A stretch of DNA of 64,000 nucleotides from Terriglobia bacterium (GCA_023511585.1 JAIMBF010000003.1:6537-70536); one strand, 5' to 3'. Counted from the stretch's first letter, positions 1 through 9,701 are shown. Translations and numbers: made by a program. The notes: generated by a model from the letters alone, not told the origin.

Positions 1-1123
1 CACGCAATCCGGCTTGCGCGGGCGCGGCGGCGCGGGCTTTCCGGCAGGGATCAAGTGGCGCACGGCTGCGGCGGCGGGAGGCGGTCAAAAATACATTGTC
101 TGCAATGCCGATGAGGGGGATTCGGGAACCTTCGCAGATCGCATGCTGATGGAAGGGGATCCGTTTGTCCTCGTCGAAGGCATGACCATCGCGGGCTATG
201 CCGTCGGCGCAAACAAAGGATACATCTACACGCGCTCGGAGTACCCGCATGCCGTCGCGACGATGAACCAAGCGATCGCTCGCGCCCGTGCGGAAGGGCT
301 GCTCGGCCCCAAGGTTTTCGACAGTACCTTCGCCTTCGATATCGAAATGCGCGTCGGGGCCGGAGCATATGTCTGCGGTGAAGAGACCGCCCTTTTGGAC
401 AGCATTGAAGGCAAACGCGGCCAAGTTCGCGCCAAGCCACCGCTGCCCGCCGTTTCCGGCCTGTTCGGCAAACCCACCGTGATCAACAACGTCATCACAC
501 TTGCTTCCGTGCCGTGGATTTTGGCCAACGGTGCGGAAGCATATCGGGATTTCGGCTACGGCCGTTCGCGCGGGACAATGCCGATCCAGCTTGCCGGGAA
601 TATTCGCTATCCCGGCTTGTTTGAAGCCGCCTTCGGCCTCACCCTTGGTGATCTGGTGGAGAAGATCGGCGGCGGCACCGCAAGCGGTCGGCCGGTCCGT
701 GCCGTGCAAGTGGGCGGGCCGCTCGGTGCGTATTTTCCGCCCGCGTTGTTTGACACGCCCTTTGATTATGAGGCCTTCGCCGCGAAGGACGGTCTTATCG
801 GCCATGGCGGCGTGGTGGTCTTTGACGATCGCGTGGATATGGCCCGCCAAGCCCGCTTTGCCATGGAATTCTGCGCTTTTGAGTCCTGCGGCAAGTGCAC
901 GCCGTGTCGGATCGGCTCGACCCGCGGGGTGGAAGTGATGGATCGCATCTTGCAAGGGGAAAACGTAGAGGCCAATCTCGCACTCATTGAAGAGCTTTGC
1001 GAAACCCTGCGTTACGGTTCGCTCTGCGCCCTTGGCGGGTTCACCCCTTACCCCGTCATGAGCGCGATCCGACATTTTCGAGACGATTTCATGACACCCA
1101 AGCGGCGATTTGTCGCAGCATAA
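1..1123 (+). CDS. fdsB: NAD-dependent formate dehydrogenase beta subunit (NuoF/51-kDa-like flavoprotein), 5'-truncated by window edge
   Basis: Frame is open from base 2 (TQSGLRGRGGAGFP, a NuoF-type motif, precedes the first listed start at 14). It has the FMN/NADH motif GAGAYVCGEETALLDSIEG and the 4Fe-4S motif CGKCTPCRIG. It lies directly upstream of the Mo-containing alpha subunit. Confidence 0.85.
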   Translation, partial: TQSGLRGRGGAGFPAGIKWRTAAAAGGGQKYIVCNADEGDSGTFADRMLMEGDPFVLVEGMTIAGYAVGANKGYIYTRSEYPHAVATMNQAIARARAEGLLGPKVFDSTFAFDIEMRVGAGAYVCGEETALLDSIEGKRGQVRAKPPLPAVSGLFGKPTVINNVITLASVPWILANGAEAYRDFGYGRSRGTMPIQLAGNIRYPGLFEAAFGLTLGDLVEKIGGGTASGRPVRAVQVGGPLGAYFPPALFDTPFDYEAFAAKDGLIGHGGVVVFDDRVDMARQARFAMEFCAFESCGKCTPCRIGSTRGVEVMDRILQGENVEANLALIEELCETLRYGSLCALGGFTPYPVMSAIRHFRDDFMTPKRRFVAA

Positions 1124-1138
1124 CAGGCGGAGGACGGG

Positions 1139-3979
1139 ATGTCGCTTATCCAGGAGATCGATTACGGCACGCCGGCTTCTCAAGCGCGTGAGACGGTGCA
1201 GCTGACGATTGACGGCAAGCCGGTGCGTGTGCCCGCCGGCACCTCGATCATGCGCGCAGCCATGATGGCGGGGATCGAAATCCCCAAACTCTGCGCAACG
1301 GATACGCTTGCCGCGTTCGGCTCGTGCCGGCTCTGTCTGGTGGAAATTGAAGGCAAGCAAGGCACCCCGGCCTCTTGCACCACCCCAGTGGAAGCAAACC
1401 AGGTCGTTCATACGCAAACGCCGCGATTGCAGCGTATTCGGCGCGGGGTGATGGAGCTTTACCTCTCCGACTACCCTTCCGATTCCGCCGAATCGGCAAC
1501 CGCGGAGGCGGATCCCATGAAAACCCTCGCCGCCAGTTTAGGCGTGCGAGAGGTGCGCTACGGCCCCTCCGGTGCCAATCATCTCCATGCGACGAAGGAC
1601 GAATCGAATCCTTATTTTACGTTCGATCCTGCGAAATGCATTGTCTGTTCGCGATGCGTGCGTGCGTGCGATGAAATTCAGGGTACATTCGCGCTCACCA
1701 TTGCCGGGCGCGGCTTTGCCTCGCAGGTCGCAGCCAGTGCAGGCCAGGCCTTTTTCGATTCCGAGTGCGTCTCTTGCGGCGCGTGTGTGCAGGCCTGCCC
1801 GACAGGAGCACTTTTGGAAAAATCCGTGATCCAGATGGGCAAACCGGACCGCGCGGTCTTAACCACCTGTGCTTATTGCGGTGTCGGCTGCACGTTCAAA
1901 GCCGAGATGCAGCAAGATCGGGTGGTGCGGATGGTGCCGTATAAGCACGGCAAAGCCAATCACGGTCATGCCTGCGTCAAGGGCCGTTTTGCATGGGGCT
2001 ACGCGATGCATCCTGACCGCATTCTCAAGCCGATGATGCGCGAACGGATTACCGACCCTTGGCGGGAAGTGAGCTGGGACGAGGCCATCAACCGCGTAGC
2101 CAGCGAATTTCGGAGGATCCAAGCGCAGTATGGTCGCGGGGCGATCGGCGGCATCACATCCTCACGCTGCACCAACGAAGAAACCTATCTTGTGCAGAAA
2201 CTCGTGCGTGCGGTCTTCCGTAACAACAACGTAGACACGTGCGCGCGTGTTTGCCACTCGCCCACGGGCTATGGGCTGAAAAGCACGTTCGGTACTTCGG
2301 CCGGCACGCAGGACTTTGATTCCGTCGATTATGCCGACGTCATTGTCGTCATCGGAGCAAACCCGACCGATGCGCATCCGGTTTTTGCCTCGCGCATGAA
2401 GCGGCGCCTGCGCCAGGGCGCGAAGCTGATTGTGATCGATCCGCGGCGGATCGATCTCGTGCGTTCGCCGCACATCGCCGCGGAATACCACTTGCCGGTA
2501 AAGCCCGGCACGAATGTCGCCATCCTGAATGCCTTGGCGCATGTGATCGTGACCGAGGGCTTGGTCAAAGAGGCATTCGTGCGCGAACGGTGTGATCTGC
2601 CAAGCTTCCGCGAATGGGCCGCTTTTGTCGCCCAGCCTTTCAACAGCCCGGAAGCCATCGCAGAAGTTTGCGGGGTTCCGGCAGCGCTGATCCGCGATGC
2701 CGCCCGACTCTATGCCACGGCCGGCAACGGTGCCATTTATTACGGGCTTGGCGTAACCGAGCATAGCCAAGGCACAACGGCCGTGATGGCACTCGCCAAT
2801 CTCGCAATGGCCACGGGCAATATCGGCCGCCCCGGCGTGGGCGTCAATCCGCTACGCGGGCAAAACAATGTGCAAGGCTCGTGCGACATGGGTTCCTTCC
2901 CGCACGAATTGCCCGATTATCGGCATATCTCGGATCCGCTCACGCGGCGCATTTACGAGCAGGAATGGCGGGTGCAACTGGATCCGGAGCCCGGGCTCCG
3001 CATCCCGAATATGATCGATGCCGCCTTGGACGGCAGTTTCAAAGGCCTTTACATCCAGGGCGAGGATATCGTGCAGTCAGATCCCAACACGCAGCACATC
3101 GTCGCCGGGCTTGAGGCGATGGAGTGCGTGGTGGTGCAAGACCTGTTCCTGAACGAAACGGCGAATTTTGCGCATATCTTCCTGCCGGGATCATCGTTTT
3201 TGGAAAAGGACGGCACCTTCACCAACGCCGAGCGACGGATCGGCCGTGTGCGCAAAGTCGTAGAACCGAAAGCCGGCATGGCGGATTGGGAGGTCACGCT
3301 GGCCATTGCCAAGGCAATGGGGTACGAGATGCATTATTCGCATCCCGGCGAAATCATGGACGAAATCGCCCGCACCACACCAAGCTTTGCCGGGGTTTCC
3401 TACCAAAAGCTCGATGCCCTGGGTTCGGTGCAATGGCCGTGCAACGACGCCGCCCCCGAGGGCACGCCGGTGATGCATACGGACAAATTCGTGCGCGGCA
3501 AAGGGCAATTTCTCGTAACCGAATATGTACCGACGGAGGAGCGTGTCGGTCCGCGTTACCCGTTGTTGCTCACCACCGGGCGGATCCTGACGCAATACAA
3601 TGTGGGCGCGCAAACCCGCCGAACCGAGAATATCCGCTGGCATGCCGAAGACGTGCTGGAAATCCATCCGCACGATGCGGAGGAACGCGGCATCCGCGAC
3701 GGCGATTGGGTGAAACTTGCCAGCCGCGCTGGCGAAACCACGCTGCGTGCTTGCATCACCACGCGCGTCGCTCCGGGCGTCGTTTATACCACCTTCCACC
3801 ACCCGAACACGCAAACCAATGTGGTAACGACGGAAAACTCCGATTGGGCAACCAACTGCCCGGAATACAAAGTCACCGCCGTGCAGGTTTCCCGCTCCAA
3901 CGGTCCATCGGAATGGCAAGAAGAGTATTCCCGAAAGGCGGAGCAAGCGCGCCGCGTGCTTGTGGCCGCTGCGGAGTAG
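1139..3979 (+). CDS. fdsA: Formate dehydrogenase alpha subunit (molybdopterin, Fds type)
   Basis: 946-aa ORF. Motifs: N-terminal 2Fe-2S (CATDTLAAFGSCRLCLVEIEG), two ferredoxin 4Fe-4S (CIVCSRCVRACDE, CVSCGACVQACPTG), molybdopterin-oxidoreductase 4Fe-4S (TTCAYCGVGCTF). The active-site region ARVCHSPTG has Cys, with no in-frame TGA. Confidence 0.9.
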   Translation: MSLIQEIDYGTPASQARETVQLTIDGKPVRVPAGTSIMRAAMMAGIEIPKLCATDTLAAFGSCRLCLVEIEGKQGTPASCTTPVEANQVVHTQTPRLQRIRRGVMELYLSDYPSDSAESATAEADPMKTLAASLGVREVRYGPSGANHLHATKDESNPYFTFDPAKCIVCSRCVRACDEIQGTFALTIAGRGFASQVAASAGQAFFDSECVSCGACVQACPTGALLEKSVIQMGKPDRAVLTTCAYCGVGCTFKAEMQQDRVVRMVPYKHGKANHGHACVKGRFAWGYAMHPDRILKPMMRERITDPWREVSWDEAINRVASEFRRIQAQYGRGAIGGITSSRCTNEETYLVQKLVRAVFRNNNVDTCARVCHSPTGYGLKSTFGTSAGTQDFDSVDYADVIVVIGANPTDAHPVFASRMKRRLRQGAKLIVIDPRRIDLVRSPHIAAEYHLPVKPGTNVAILNALAHVIVTEGLVKEAFVRERCDLPSFREWAAFVAQPFNSPEAIAEVCGVPAALIRDAARLYATAGNGAIYYGLGVTEHSQGTTAVMALANLAMATGNIGRPGVGVNPLRGQNNVQGSCDMGSFPHELPDYRHISDPLTRRIYEQEWRVQLDPEPGLRIPNMIDAALDGSFKGLYIQGEDIVQSDPNTQHIVAGLEAMECVVVQDLFLNETANFAHIFLPGSSFLEKDGTFTNAERRIGRVRKVVEPKAGMADWEVTLAIAKAMGYEMHYSHPGEIMDEIARTTPSFAGVSYQKLDALGSVQWPCNDAAPEGTPVMHTDKFVRGKGQFLVTEYVPTEERVGPRYPLLLTTGRILTQYNVGAQTRRTENIRWHAEDVLEIHPHDAEERGIRDGDWVKLASRAGETTLRACITTRVAPGVVYTTFHHPNTQTNVVTTENSDWATNCPEYKVTAVQVSRSNGPSEWQEEYSRKAEQARRVLVAAAE

Positions 3980-3988
3980 CCGACGCGC

Positions 3989-4816
3989 ATGCCGAATCCT
4001 CCGGCCCCAGCTTTGCTTTCTTGGCCAAGGGTCTGGAACGGCCAAAAGGCTTCGACGCGCGCGCGGATGATTCCGGAAGAAACCGCGGTTGCGTTCACCT
4101 ATCAGCGCGCGACCTATGCGGTGATGATGGCAACTCCCTCGGATTTGGACGATTTTGCCGTGGGTTTTAGCCTTAATGAAGGAATCATAAACGCCGCTTC
4201 CGAAATTGAAACCTTGGAAATTGCGGTCCTTCCTGCCGGGGTGGAGTTGCGAATGGACCTGACATCCCCGCAAGCCGAGCAGCTCTGGGTGCGCCGACGT
4301 GCCATGCGCGGCGCAACCGGATGCGGCTTGTGCGGAGTGGAAAGCCTGCAAGCCGCTTTGCCGACGCCGCCGCCGGTCACGCGCGCCATTTCCATCCCTG
4401 CGCCGGCGCTTTTGCAAGCGATGGCAGCGCTCGGAGCGGAGCAAACGCTGAATCGCCAAACCCACGGCGTGCACGCCGCCGCGTTCTGGAGCCCCGCACA
4501 GGGACTGGCTTACGTGCGCGAGGATGTGGGGCGGCATAACGCTCTCGATAAGCTTGCCGGCGCTCTGGCAAGAAATGGGGTTGCGGCGGCAAGCGGTGCC
4601 GTTTTGCTCACCAGCCGCATCTCCGTGGAGCTGGTGCAAAAAACCGCCATGATGGGCGCTTCCGTGATCGCTGCCATCTCCGTGCCGACAGCGTTGGCGG
4701 TGCGGGTGGCCGAAGCAGCCGGAATTACGCTTGTGGGCATTGCCCGCTCCGACGGTTTTGAAATTTTCACCCATCCCGAGCGCATTCTCATGAAAGATCC
4801 CGTTAATGCAGCCTAA
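3989..4816 (+). CDS. fdhD: Formate dehydrogenase accessory sulfurtransferase FdhD/FdsC
   Basis: 275-aa ORF with motifs GCGLCGVESL and GRHNALDKL, starting 9 nt after the fdsA stop. Confidence 0.85.
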   Translation: MPNPPAPALLSWPRVWNGQKASTRARMIPEETAVAFTYQRATYAVMMATPSDLDDFAVGFSLNEGIINAASEIETLEIAVLPAGVELRMDLTSPQAEQLWVRRRAMRGATGCGLCGVESLQAALPTPPPVTRAISIPAPALLQAMAALGAEQTLNRQTHGVHAAAFWSPAQGLAYVREDVGRHNALDKLAGALARNGVAAASGAVLLTSRISVELVQKTAMMGASVIAAISVPTALAVRVAEAAGITLVGIARSDGFEIFTHPERILMKDPVNAA

Positions 4817-5081
4817 ACGTTTAACTGCTATGGCAAATCAAATCGCCCGGTTTTTTGAACATCGCGGCGAGGAGAAGGCAGCTGCCGATACGGCAGACCA
4901 TCTGCGCAAATTTTGGGATCCTCGAATGCGTCGGGAAATTATCGCGCATTTCATGGCCGGAGGCGAAGGACTGAGCCCGATCGCGAAAAAGGCCGTGGCG
5001 TTGCTCGCCGGCACAACGCAAACAGCCCAGACACCCGAAACAGTGCCCGTGATGGCAAAGGGAAGCGACAAAGTATCTTAA
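4806..5081 (+). CDS. fdsD: Formate dehydrogenase delta subunit (small Fds subunit)
   Basis: 91-aa ORF overlapping fdhD by 11 nt and containing MANQIARFFEH. Size and position fit FdsD. The true start may be the internal Met at 4830. Confidence 0.65.
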   Translation: MQPKRLTAMANQIARFFEHRGEEKAAADTADHLRKFWDPRMRREIIAHFMAGGEGLSPIAKKAVALLAGTTQTAQTPETVPVMAKGSDKVS

Positions 5082-5136
5082 CAAATTATGTTAGATCCCC
5101 GATAAGTGCTTGCTGGAAGTAGGGAGGTTCCATCGC

Positions 5137-6534
5137 ATGTCCGTGACAACTTCGTACGAGGGTGGGGGTGCACGTTCGCCCGGTCTTCTCGATCGTGCAC
5201 GCATTATCGCTCACCCCGGTTTCAACCGGTGGCTTGTGCCCCCGGCGGCTCTTTGTGTGCACCTTTGTATCGGTCAGGCCTATGCGTTCAGCGTTTTCAA
5301 CCTGCCAATGACCAAGTTGATCGGCATTACCAAATCCGTCCCCGGAGACTGGAAACTGACCGAACTCGGCTGGATTTTCAGCATTGCAATCGCGTTTCTC
5401 GGCATTTCATCGGCACTCACGGGCGCGTGGCTGGATCGTGTCGGGCCGCGCAAAGCCATGTTTATTGCAGCCTGCTGCTTCGGTGGAGGGTTTTTGATCT
5501 CCGCTGTGGGCGTTTACCTCCATGAGCTTTGGATCATCTATCTGGGCTACGGCGTACTCGGCGGGTTTGGGCTGGGAATCGGTTATATTTCCCCGGTGAA
5601 GACGCTGATCACTTGGTTTCCGGATCGGCCGGGCATGGCAACCGGGCTTGCCATCATGGGCTTCGGCGGCGGGGCTATGATCGCCTCACCGCTTTCGGTT
5701 CTGTTGATGCGGCATTTTTCTACGCCGACGCATGTCGGCGTTGCTGAAACTTTCGTCGTGTTGGGCGTGGTTTACTTTTGCTTCATGACGATCGGCGCTA
5801 TCATCGTGCGCGTCCCCTCGCCCGATTGGCACCCGCGAGGCTGGGTTCCCCCTGCACAGCCCAAACGCATGGTGACGACGAATGATGTGCATGTCGATCA
5901 AGCCTTGAAGACACCGCAATTTTATCTGCTCTGGCTGGTCTTGTGCCTCAATGTCACGGCGGGTATCGGGGTTTTGGGCCAGGCTTCGGCGATGAGCCAG
6001 GAAATGTTTCCGGGGCGCGTGAGCCCGCTAGCGGCCGCAGGCTTCGTTGGTTTGCTCAGCCTGTTTAACATGTTGGGGCGGTTCTTCTGGGCGTCGACCT
6101 CCGACCTCATCGGCAGGCGAAACACTTATACGATTTTCTTTTTGCTGGGCTTGGCGCTCTATGTGCTGGTGCCGAACACATCCAGTATCGGAAGTGTCGC
6201 GCTCTTCGTGGCGTGTTTTGCCGTCATCATCAGTATGTATGGCGGCGGCTTTGCAACCATTCCGGCCTATCTTAAAGATATTTTCGGCGTGCGATACGTC
6301 GGAGCTATTCACGGGAGGTTGCTCACGGCCTGGTCCGCTGCCGGCGTGTTCGGTCCGGTGTTGGTGAATTACATCCGTGAATATCAAATCACGCACGGCG
6401 TGCCGAAAGCCCAAGCGTATACCGTAACCATGTACATCATGGCCGCGTTGCTGGTCGTTGGGCTCATCTGTAATTTACTGATGCGCCCGGTGCATGAAAA
6501 ACATCATCTTAAAGAAGAACAGGCTCTCGCGTAA
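5137..6534 (+). CDS. MFS transporter, oxalate/formate antiporter (OFA) family
   Basis: Multi-TM ORF with 12-TM-like hydrophobic periodicity; OFA-like context next to the fds genes. ATG 5137 is preceded by GGGAGG (5122-5127); the upstream extension to 5110 uses a non-ATG start. Confidence 0.8.
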   Translation: MSVTTSYEGGGARSPGLLDRARIIAHPGFNRWLVPPAALCVHLCIGQAYAFSVFNLPMTKLIGITKSVPGDWKLTELGWIFSIAIAFLGISSALTGAWLDRVGPRKAMFIAACCFGGGFLISAVGVYLHELWIIYLGYGVLGGFGLGIGYISPVKTLITWFPDRPGMATGLAIMGFGGGAMIASPLSVLLMRHFSTPTHVGVAETFVVLGVVYFCFMTIGAIIVRVPSPDWHPRGWVPPAQPKRMVTTNDVHVDQALKTPQFYLLWLVLCLNVTAGIGVLGQASAMSQEMFPGRVSPLAAAGFVGLLSLFNMLGRFFWASTSDLIGRRNTYTIFFLLGLALYVLVPNTSSIGSVALFVACFAVIISMYGGGFATIPAYLKDIFGVRYVGAIHGRLLTAWSAAGVFGPVLVNYIREYQITHGVPKAQAYTVTMYIMAALLVVGLICNLLMRPVHEKHHLKEEQALA

Positions 6535-6547
6535 CGGAGATCGGGTT

Positions 6548-6682
6548 ATGAATAAAACTATAAGCAAAGCGGATAACGGCTCCCAAACAATAAAGGTGCT
6601 TCTGGCCTGGGCTTTCGTCGGGATTCCCCTGCTATGGGGAATCTCCGAAACTCTCGCGAATGCCATGCGCCTCTTTCGTTAG
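6548..6682 (+). CDS. Small single-TM membrane protein downstream of the OFA transporter (possible transporter small subunit)
   Basis: 44 codons from ATG 6548 (MNKTISKADNGSQTIKVLLAWAFVGIPLLWGISETLANAMRLFR) with one clear hydrophobic helix, 13 nt after the transporter stop. Support is position plus the helix only. Confidence 0.4.
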   Translation: MNKTISKADNGSQTIKVLLAWAFVGIPLLWGISETLANAMRLFR

Positions 6683-6823
6683 GACCTAATCACCTAAGGC
6701 GAAACCGCGGATGATGCGCACGCCTTCTGAAGCCGGGAAGCCGAAGCGATTTTGGTTCAACCTGAGCCGAAACCGCTTTCGTTTCCGTGCGCGTTAGTTC
6801 GGAGGCTGGAAACGGTGGCGGAA

Positions 6824-7777
6824 ATGCCGAAGCGCATCGTCACTCTGGCACTCAACCCGGCTGTCGATGTGGCTGCGGAAGCCGAGGCGGTGCGCCCGGC
6901 GCATAAGATCCGTACGTTCAACGAACGCTTTGATCCCGGCGGCGGCGGCGTGAATGTTGCACGCGTGGTCCGAACCCTGGGCGGCGAGGCACATGCACTT
7001 TTGTTTCTCGGCGGCGCCACCGGTGCGCTTTTGCAAGAAATGCTGGATGCGACCTCCCTCTCCTGGGAATCCTTACCAATTCAGGGTCGTACGCGTATCA
7101 GCCTCACCGTGCACGACAGAGGCAGCGGCCAAGAGTATCGCTTTGTGCCGGAGGGCCCGGTCGTTGCGGAACGCGAGTGGCGGGCCATGCTGGATCGGTT
7201 GGAAACGGTCGAGGCGGATTGGCTGGTCGCCAGCGGCAGCCTTCCTCGCGGCGTACCGGATGACTTTTACGCGAGCGTAAGTGAAATTGCCGAGCGTCGG
7301 CGGATCCCCTTTGTCGTGGATACTTCCGGGCCGGCGCTTCGCGCGGTGACGGCAAAGAATGTCAGTTTACTCAAGCTCAGCCTCCGCGAGCTGGAATGGC
7401 TGCTGCGGCGCACGCTTCCGAATGAGGCGGCGCAAGAGAAAGCTGCGGCGGAATTGATGCGAACCGGAAAACTTGACCGCCTTGCGCTTTCGCTTGGCGC
7501 GGCCGGCGCTTTGCTCGCCACTCGGGAGGAAGCTTATCGCGTTCCCGGTCAGCGCGTGCCGGTTCGGAGCGCGGTGGGCGCGGGTGACAGTTTCCTGGCG
7601 GCAATGGTGCTGGCCTATGCGCGCGGCGCGCCGGATGCCGAGGCGCTGGCATGGGCAGCCGCGGCCGGCACGGCGGTGGTTGCACATTTCGGCACGGCGC
7701 AGGTCTCGCGCGAAGAAACCGAAGCCTGGTTTGCGAAAATTCTTCCGCAAATACGCGCCGTTCCGCTGGCCGGCTGA
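6824..7777 (+). CDS. PfkB-family sugar kinase (1-phosphofructokinase / hexose-phosphate kinase family)
   Basis: From MPKRIVTLALNPAVD; PfkB C-terminal signature region VRSAVGAGDSFLAAMV. The ORF extension to 6752 has no protein-like N-terminus. Confidence 0.75.
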   Translation: MPKRIVTLALNPAVDVAAEAEAVRPAHKIRTFNERFDPGGGGVNVARVVRTLGGEAHALLFLGGATGALLQEMLDATSLSWESLPIQGRTRISLTVHDRGSGQEYRFVPEGPVVAEREWRAMLDRLETVEADWLVASGSLPRGVPDDFYASVSEIAERRRIPFVVDTSGPALRAVTAKNVSLLKLSLRELEWLLRRTLPNEAAQEKAAAELMRTGKLDRLALSLGAAGALLATREEAYRVPGQRVPVRSAVGAGDSFLAAMVLAYARGAPDAEALAWAAAAGTAVVAHFGTAQVSREETEAWFAKILPQIRAVPLAG

Positions 7778-7793
7778 TGGGCGAAAATGAAAA

Positions 7794-7825
7794 TTGGGAG
7801 CGCAGGCATCATGCCTGCCTCCCAA
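7794..7825. terminator. Bidirectional hairpin between convergent pfkB-like and hsp20 genes
   Basis: ttgggag-c-gcaggca-tca-tgcctgc-ctcccaa: about a 14-bp GC-rich stem with one bulge. On the minus strand it is followed by TTTTCATTTT. Confidence 0.6.
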
Positions 7826-7858
7826 TTTGCAAATCAGGCAACCTGGCCGACCCCCCGA

Positions 7859-8350
7859 TCAGCCGTGGCTTATGGGGATTTGCCTGGTCTCGCTCTGGGC
7901 TTCCGGACGTTTGGCCAGGGTAATGGTCAGCACGCCGTCCTTAAACACGGCACTGACCTTGTTAGGATCAATATCCGGACCCACCACCACTGAACGTTGG
8001 AACTGGCCATACCAACGCTCGCTATAGAGGGCGCCGTTGCTTCCGCCCTTTTTCTCGCCTTTCAGCGTTAGCACGCCGTCCTTCAGCGAGACATTGATAT
8101 CCTTCTCCTCCAACCCGGGCAGTTCGGCAGCGACCTTCACCTCTTTATCGGTTTCGGTCACTTCCAGCTGCGGCCACGTTCCGGCGAGTCCGAAACGCAC
8201 CGGCATGCCTGCCCAGAAGCCGCGGCTGAAGTCGTCCAGCATGCGGTTGACTTCACGCTGCAGGCTGAGGAAGGGATCACGGTCCATCGCAAAGCTCTGG
8301 CCGACCGGAGAGCGGTTGCGGCCCCAGGGAACCAGGTTTGTCAGAACCAT
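7859..8350 (-). CDS. Hsp20/alpha-crystallin family small heat-shock protein
   Basis: Alpha-crystallin domain (AELPGLEEKDINVSLKDGVLTLKGEK ... VFKDGVLTITLAK). ATG 8350 lies 8 nt after AGGAGG; the listed start at 8359 is a GTG inside the SD region. Confidence 0.9.
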   Translation of the reverse strand: MVLTNLVPWGRNRSPVGQSFAMDRDPFLSLQREVNRMLDDFSRGFWAGMPVRFGLAGTWPQLEVTETDKEVKVAAELPGLEEKDINVSLKDGVLTLKGEKKGGSNGALYSERWYGQFQRSVVVGPDIDPNKVSAVFKDGVLTITLAKRPEAQSETRQIPISHG

Positions 8351-8441
8351 GCTAACCACCTCCTTTCATTTTCTCTCCACCGGACGGGGGGGCTGCCATG
8401 GTGGCATCCCTTGTCCGGCGCTCTTTCGTTGATCTGCCTAA

Positions 8442-8470
8442 AAATTAGGCAGTCCAGTTTTCTTATCAAG
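8442..8470 (-). promoter_or_regulatory. Candidate sigma-32 (RpoH)-type promoter of hsp20
   Basis: The minus strand reads CTTGAT-15nt-CCTAATTT, resembling the CTTG-N17-CCTATNT heat-shock consensus, about 90 nt upstream of the start. It overlaps a perfect palindrome ctgcctaa-aaa-ttaggcag (8434-8452). Confidence 0.35.
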
Positions 8471-8577
8471 GGGGAACGATTGCTAATCATCTCGAGGACA
8501 ACCGGCAGAAAGCGTGCTATGATTTTTAGGGAGACGCCGATCGCCGGCGGAGCAGAAACCGGTAAAGGAAGTACGCC

Positions 8578-9618
8578 ATGCGCAAGAAAATCCTCGTACC
8601 CTTTTTACTTCTTGGCTGCGTCGTGACCTTTCCGGCCTTCGCCCAGAACGATCTGATGGCAAGAGCGCGCCAGCAGTTCCAGCCGATCCCAACTACTCCG
8701 CCGGAGTTGCCCGGAAATCCGGCCACCCCCGAGAAGATCGAGCTTGGCAAAATGCTCTATTTTGAGCCGCGCTTGTCCGCAAGCCATGCGATTAGCTGCA
8801 ACTCCTGCCACAATATCGGGCTCGGTGGCGCCGATGGCCTTCCGACTTCCATTGGGCATCGCTGGCAACACGGCGGGCGTAACGCGCCCACGGTTTTCAA
8901 CGCGGTATTCAACAAGGCCCAGTTCTGGGATGGCCGGGCCAAGGACCTTGAACAACAGGCCAGTGGGCCAATTGTCAATCCGGTCGAAATGGCTTCCCCC
9001 GTGCCGCATGTGGTTGAACAATTGAAAGGCATTCCGGGCTACAAGGAAGCGTTTGCGAAAGCTTTCCCAAACGAAGCAGACCCGATCACGCTAAGCAATG
9101 TCACAAAGGCCATTGCCGTATTTGAAGCCACGTTGATTACACCCAACGCTCCCTTTGACCGCTTCCTCAAGGGTGAAGCAGACGCACTTTCGCCAAAGCA
9201 GAAAGAGGGTTTGGCTCTATTCATGGATAAAGGGTGCTCTGGCTGTCATAATGGCATTAACGTAGGCGGCGGGATGTACGCGCCTTTCGGAGTCGTCGAG
9301 AAACCAGGAGCAGGGTTTCTGCCGCCGAATGACAAAGGTCGATTCATGGTCACCAAGACACCGAGTGACGAATACGTTTTCAAGGTGCCAACGCTGCGCA
9401 ACGTTGTGTTGACTGCTCCCTATTTCCATACCGGGCGTGCTTGGGACCTCCACCAGGCGGTAGCGGTCATGGGCGCAAGCCAACTCGGCATTCAACTCAG
9501 CGATGACGAGATCGACAAAATCACTGCGTTTTTGGGCAGTTTGACGGGCGATCAGCCGAAAGTCGTCTACCCCATCCTTCCCCCAAATGTTGCTACCACA
9601 CCGCAGCCGCAACCGTAA
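8578..9618 (+). CDS. Di-haem cytochrome c peroxidase
   Basis: Signal peptide MRKKILVPFLLLGCVVTFPAFAQ; two CXXCH motifs (CNSCH, CSGCH); typical CCP length of 346 aa. Confidence 0.9.
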   Translation: MRKKILVPFLLLGCVVTFPAFAQNDLMARARQQFQPIPTTPPELPGNPATPEKIELGKMLYFEPRLSASHAISCNSCHNIGLGGADGLPTSIGHRWQHGGRNAPTVFNAVFNKAQFWDGRAKDLEQQASGPIVNPVEMASPVPHVVEQLKGIPGYKEAFAKAFPNEADPITLSNVTKAIAVFEATLITPNAPFDRFLKGEADALSPKQKEGLALFMDKGCSGCHNGINVGGGMYAPFGVVEKPGAGFLPPNDKGRFMVTKTPSDEYVFKVPTLRNVVLTAPYFHTGRAWDLHQAVAVMGASQLGIQLSDDEIDKITAFLGSLTGDQPKVVYPILPPNVATTPQPQP

Positions 9619-9701
9619 TCTGAGCTGCTTTGCGGCGTTAGGAAAGTTGGCCGCATAGGCCGCGACACGATAGAGCGGAGCACCTAGGCCAAACCGGCTG
9701 C

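Noticed and set aside
1139-3979. Possible selenocysteine-containing formate dehydrogenase
   Set aside because: There is no in-frame TGA. The active-site position is Cys (ARVCHSPTG) and no SECIS-like context is needed.
3191-4774. 527-aa minus-strand ORF over fdsA/fdhD, plus 348-aa plus-strand ORF 3124-4170
   Set aside because: Both overlap well-supported fds genes in other frames and have Arg/His/Gly-rich non-protein-like sequence.
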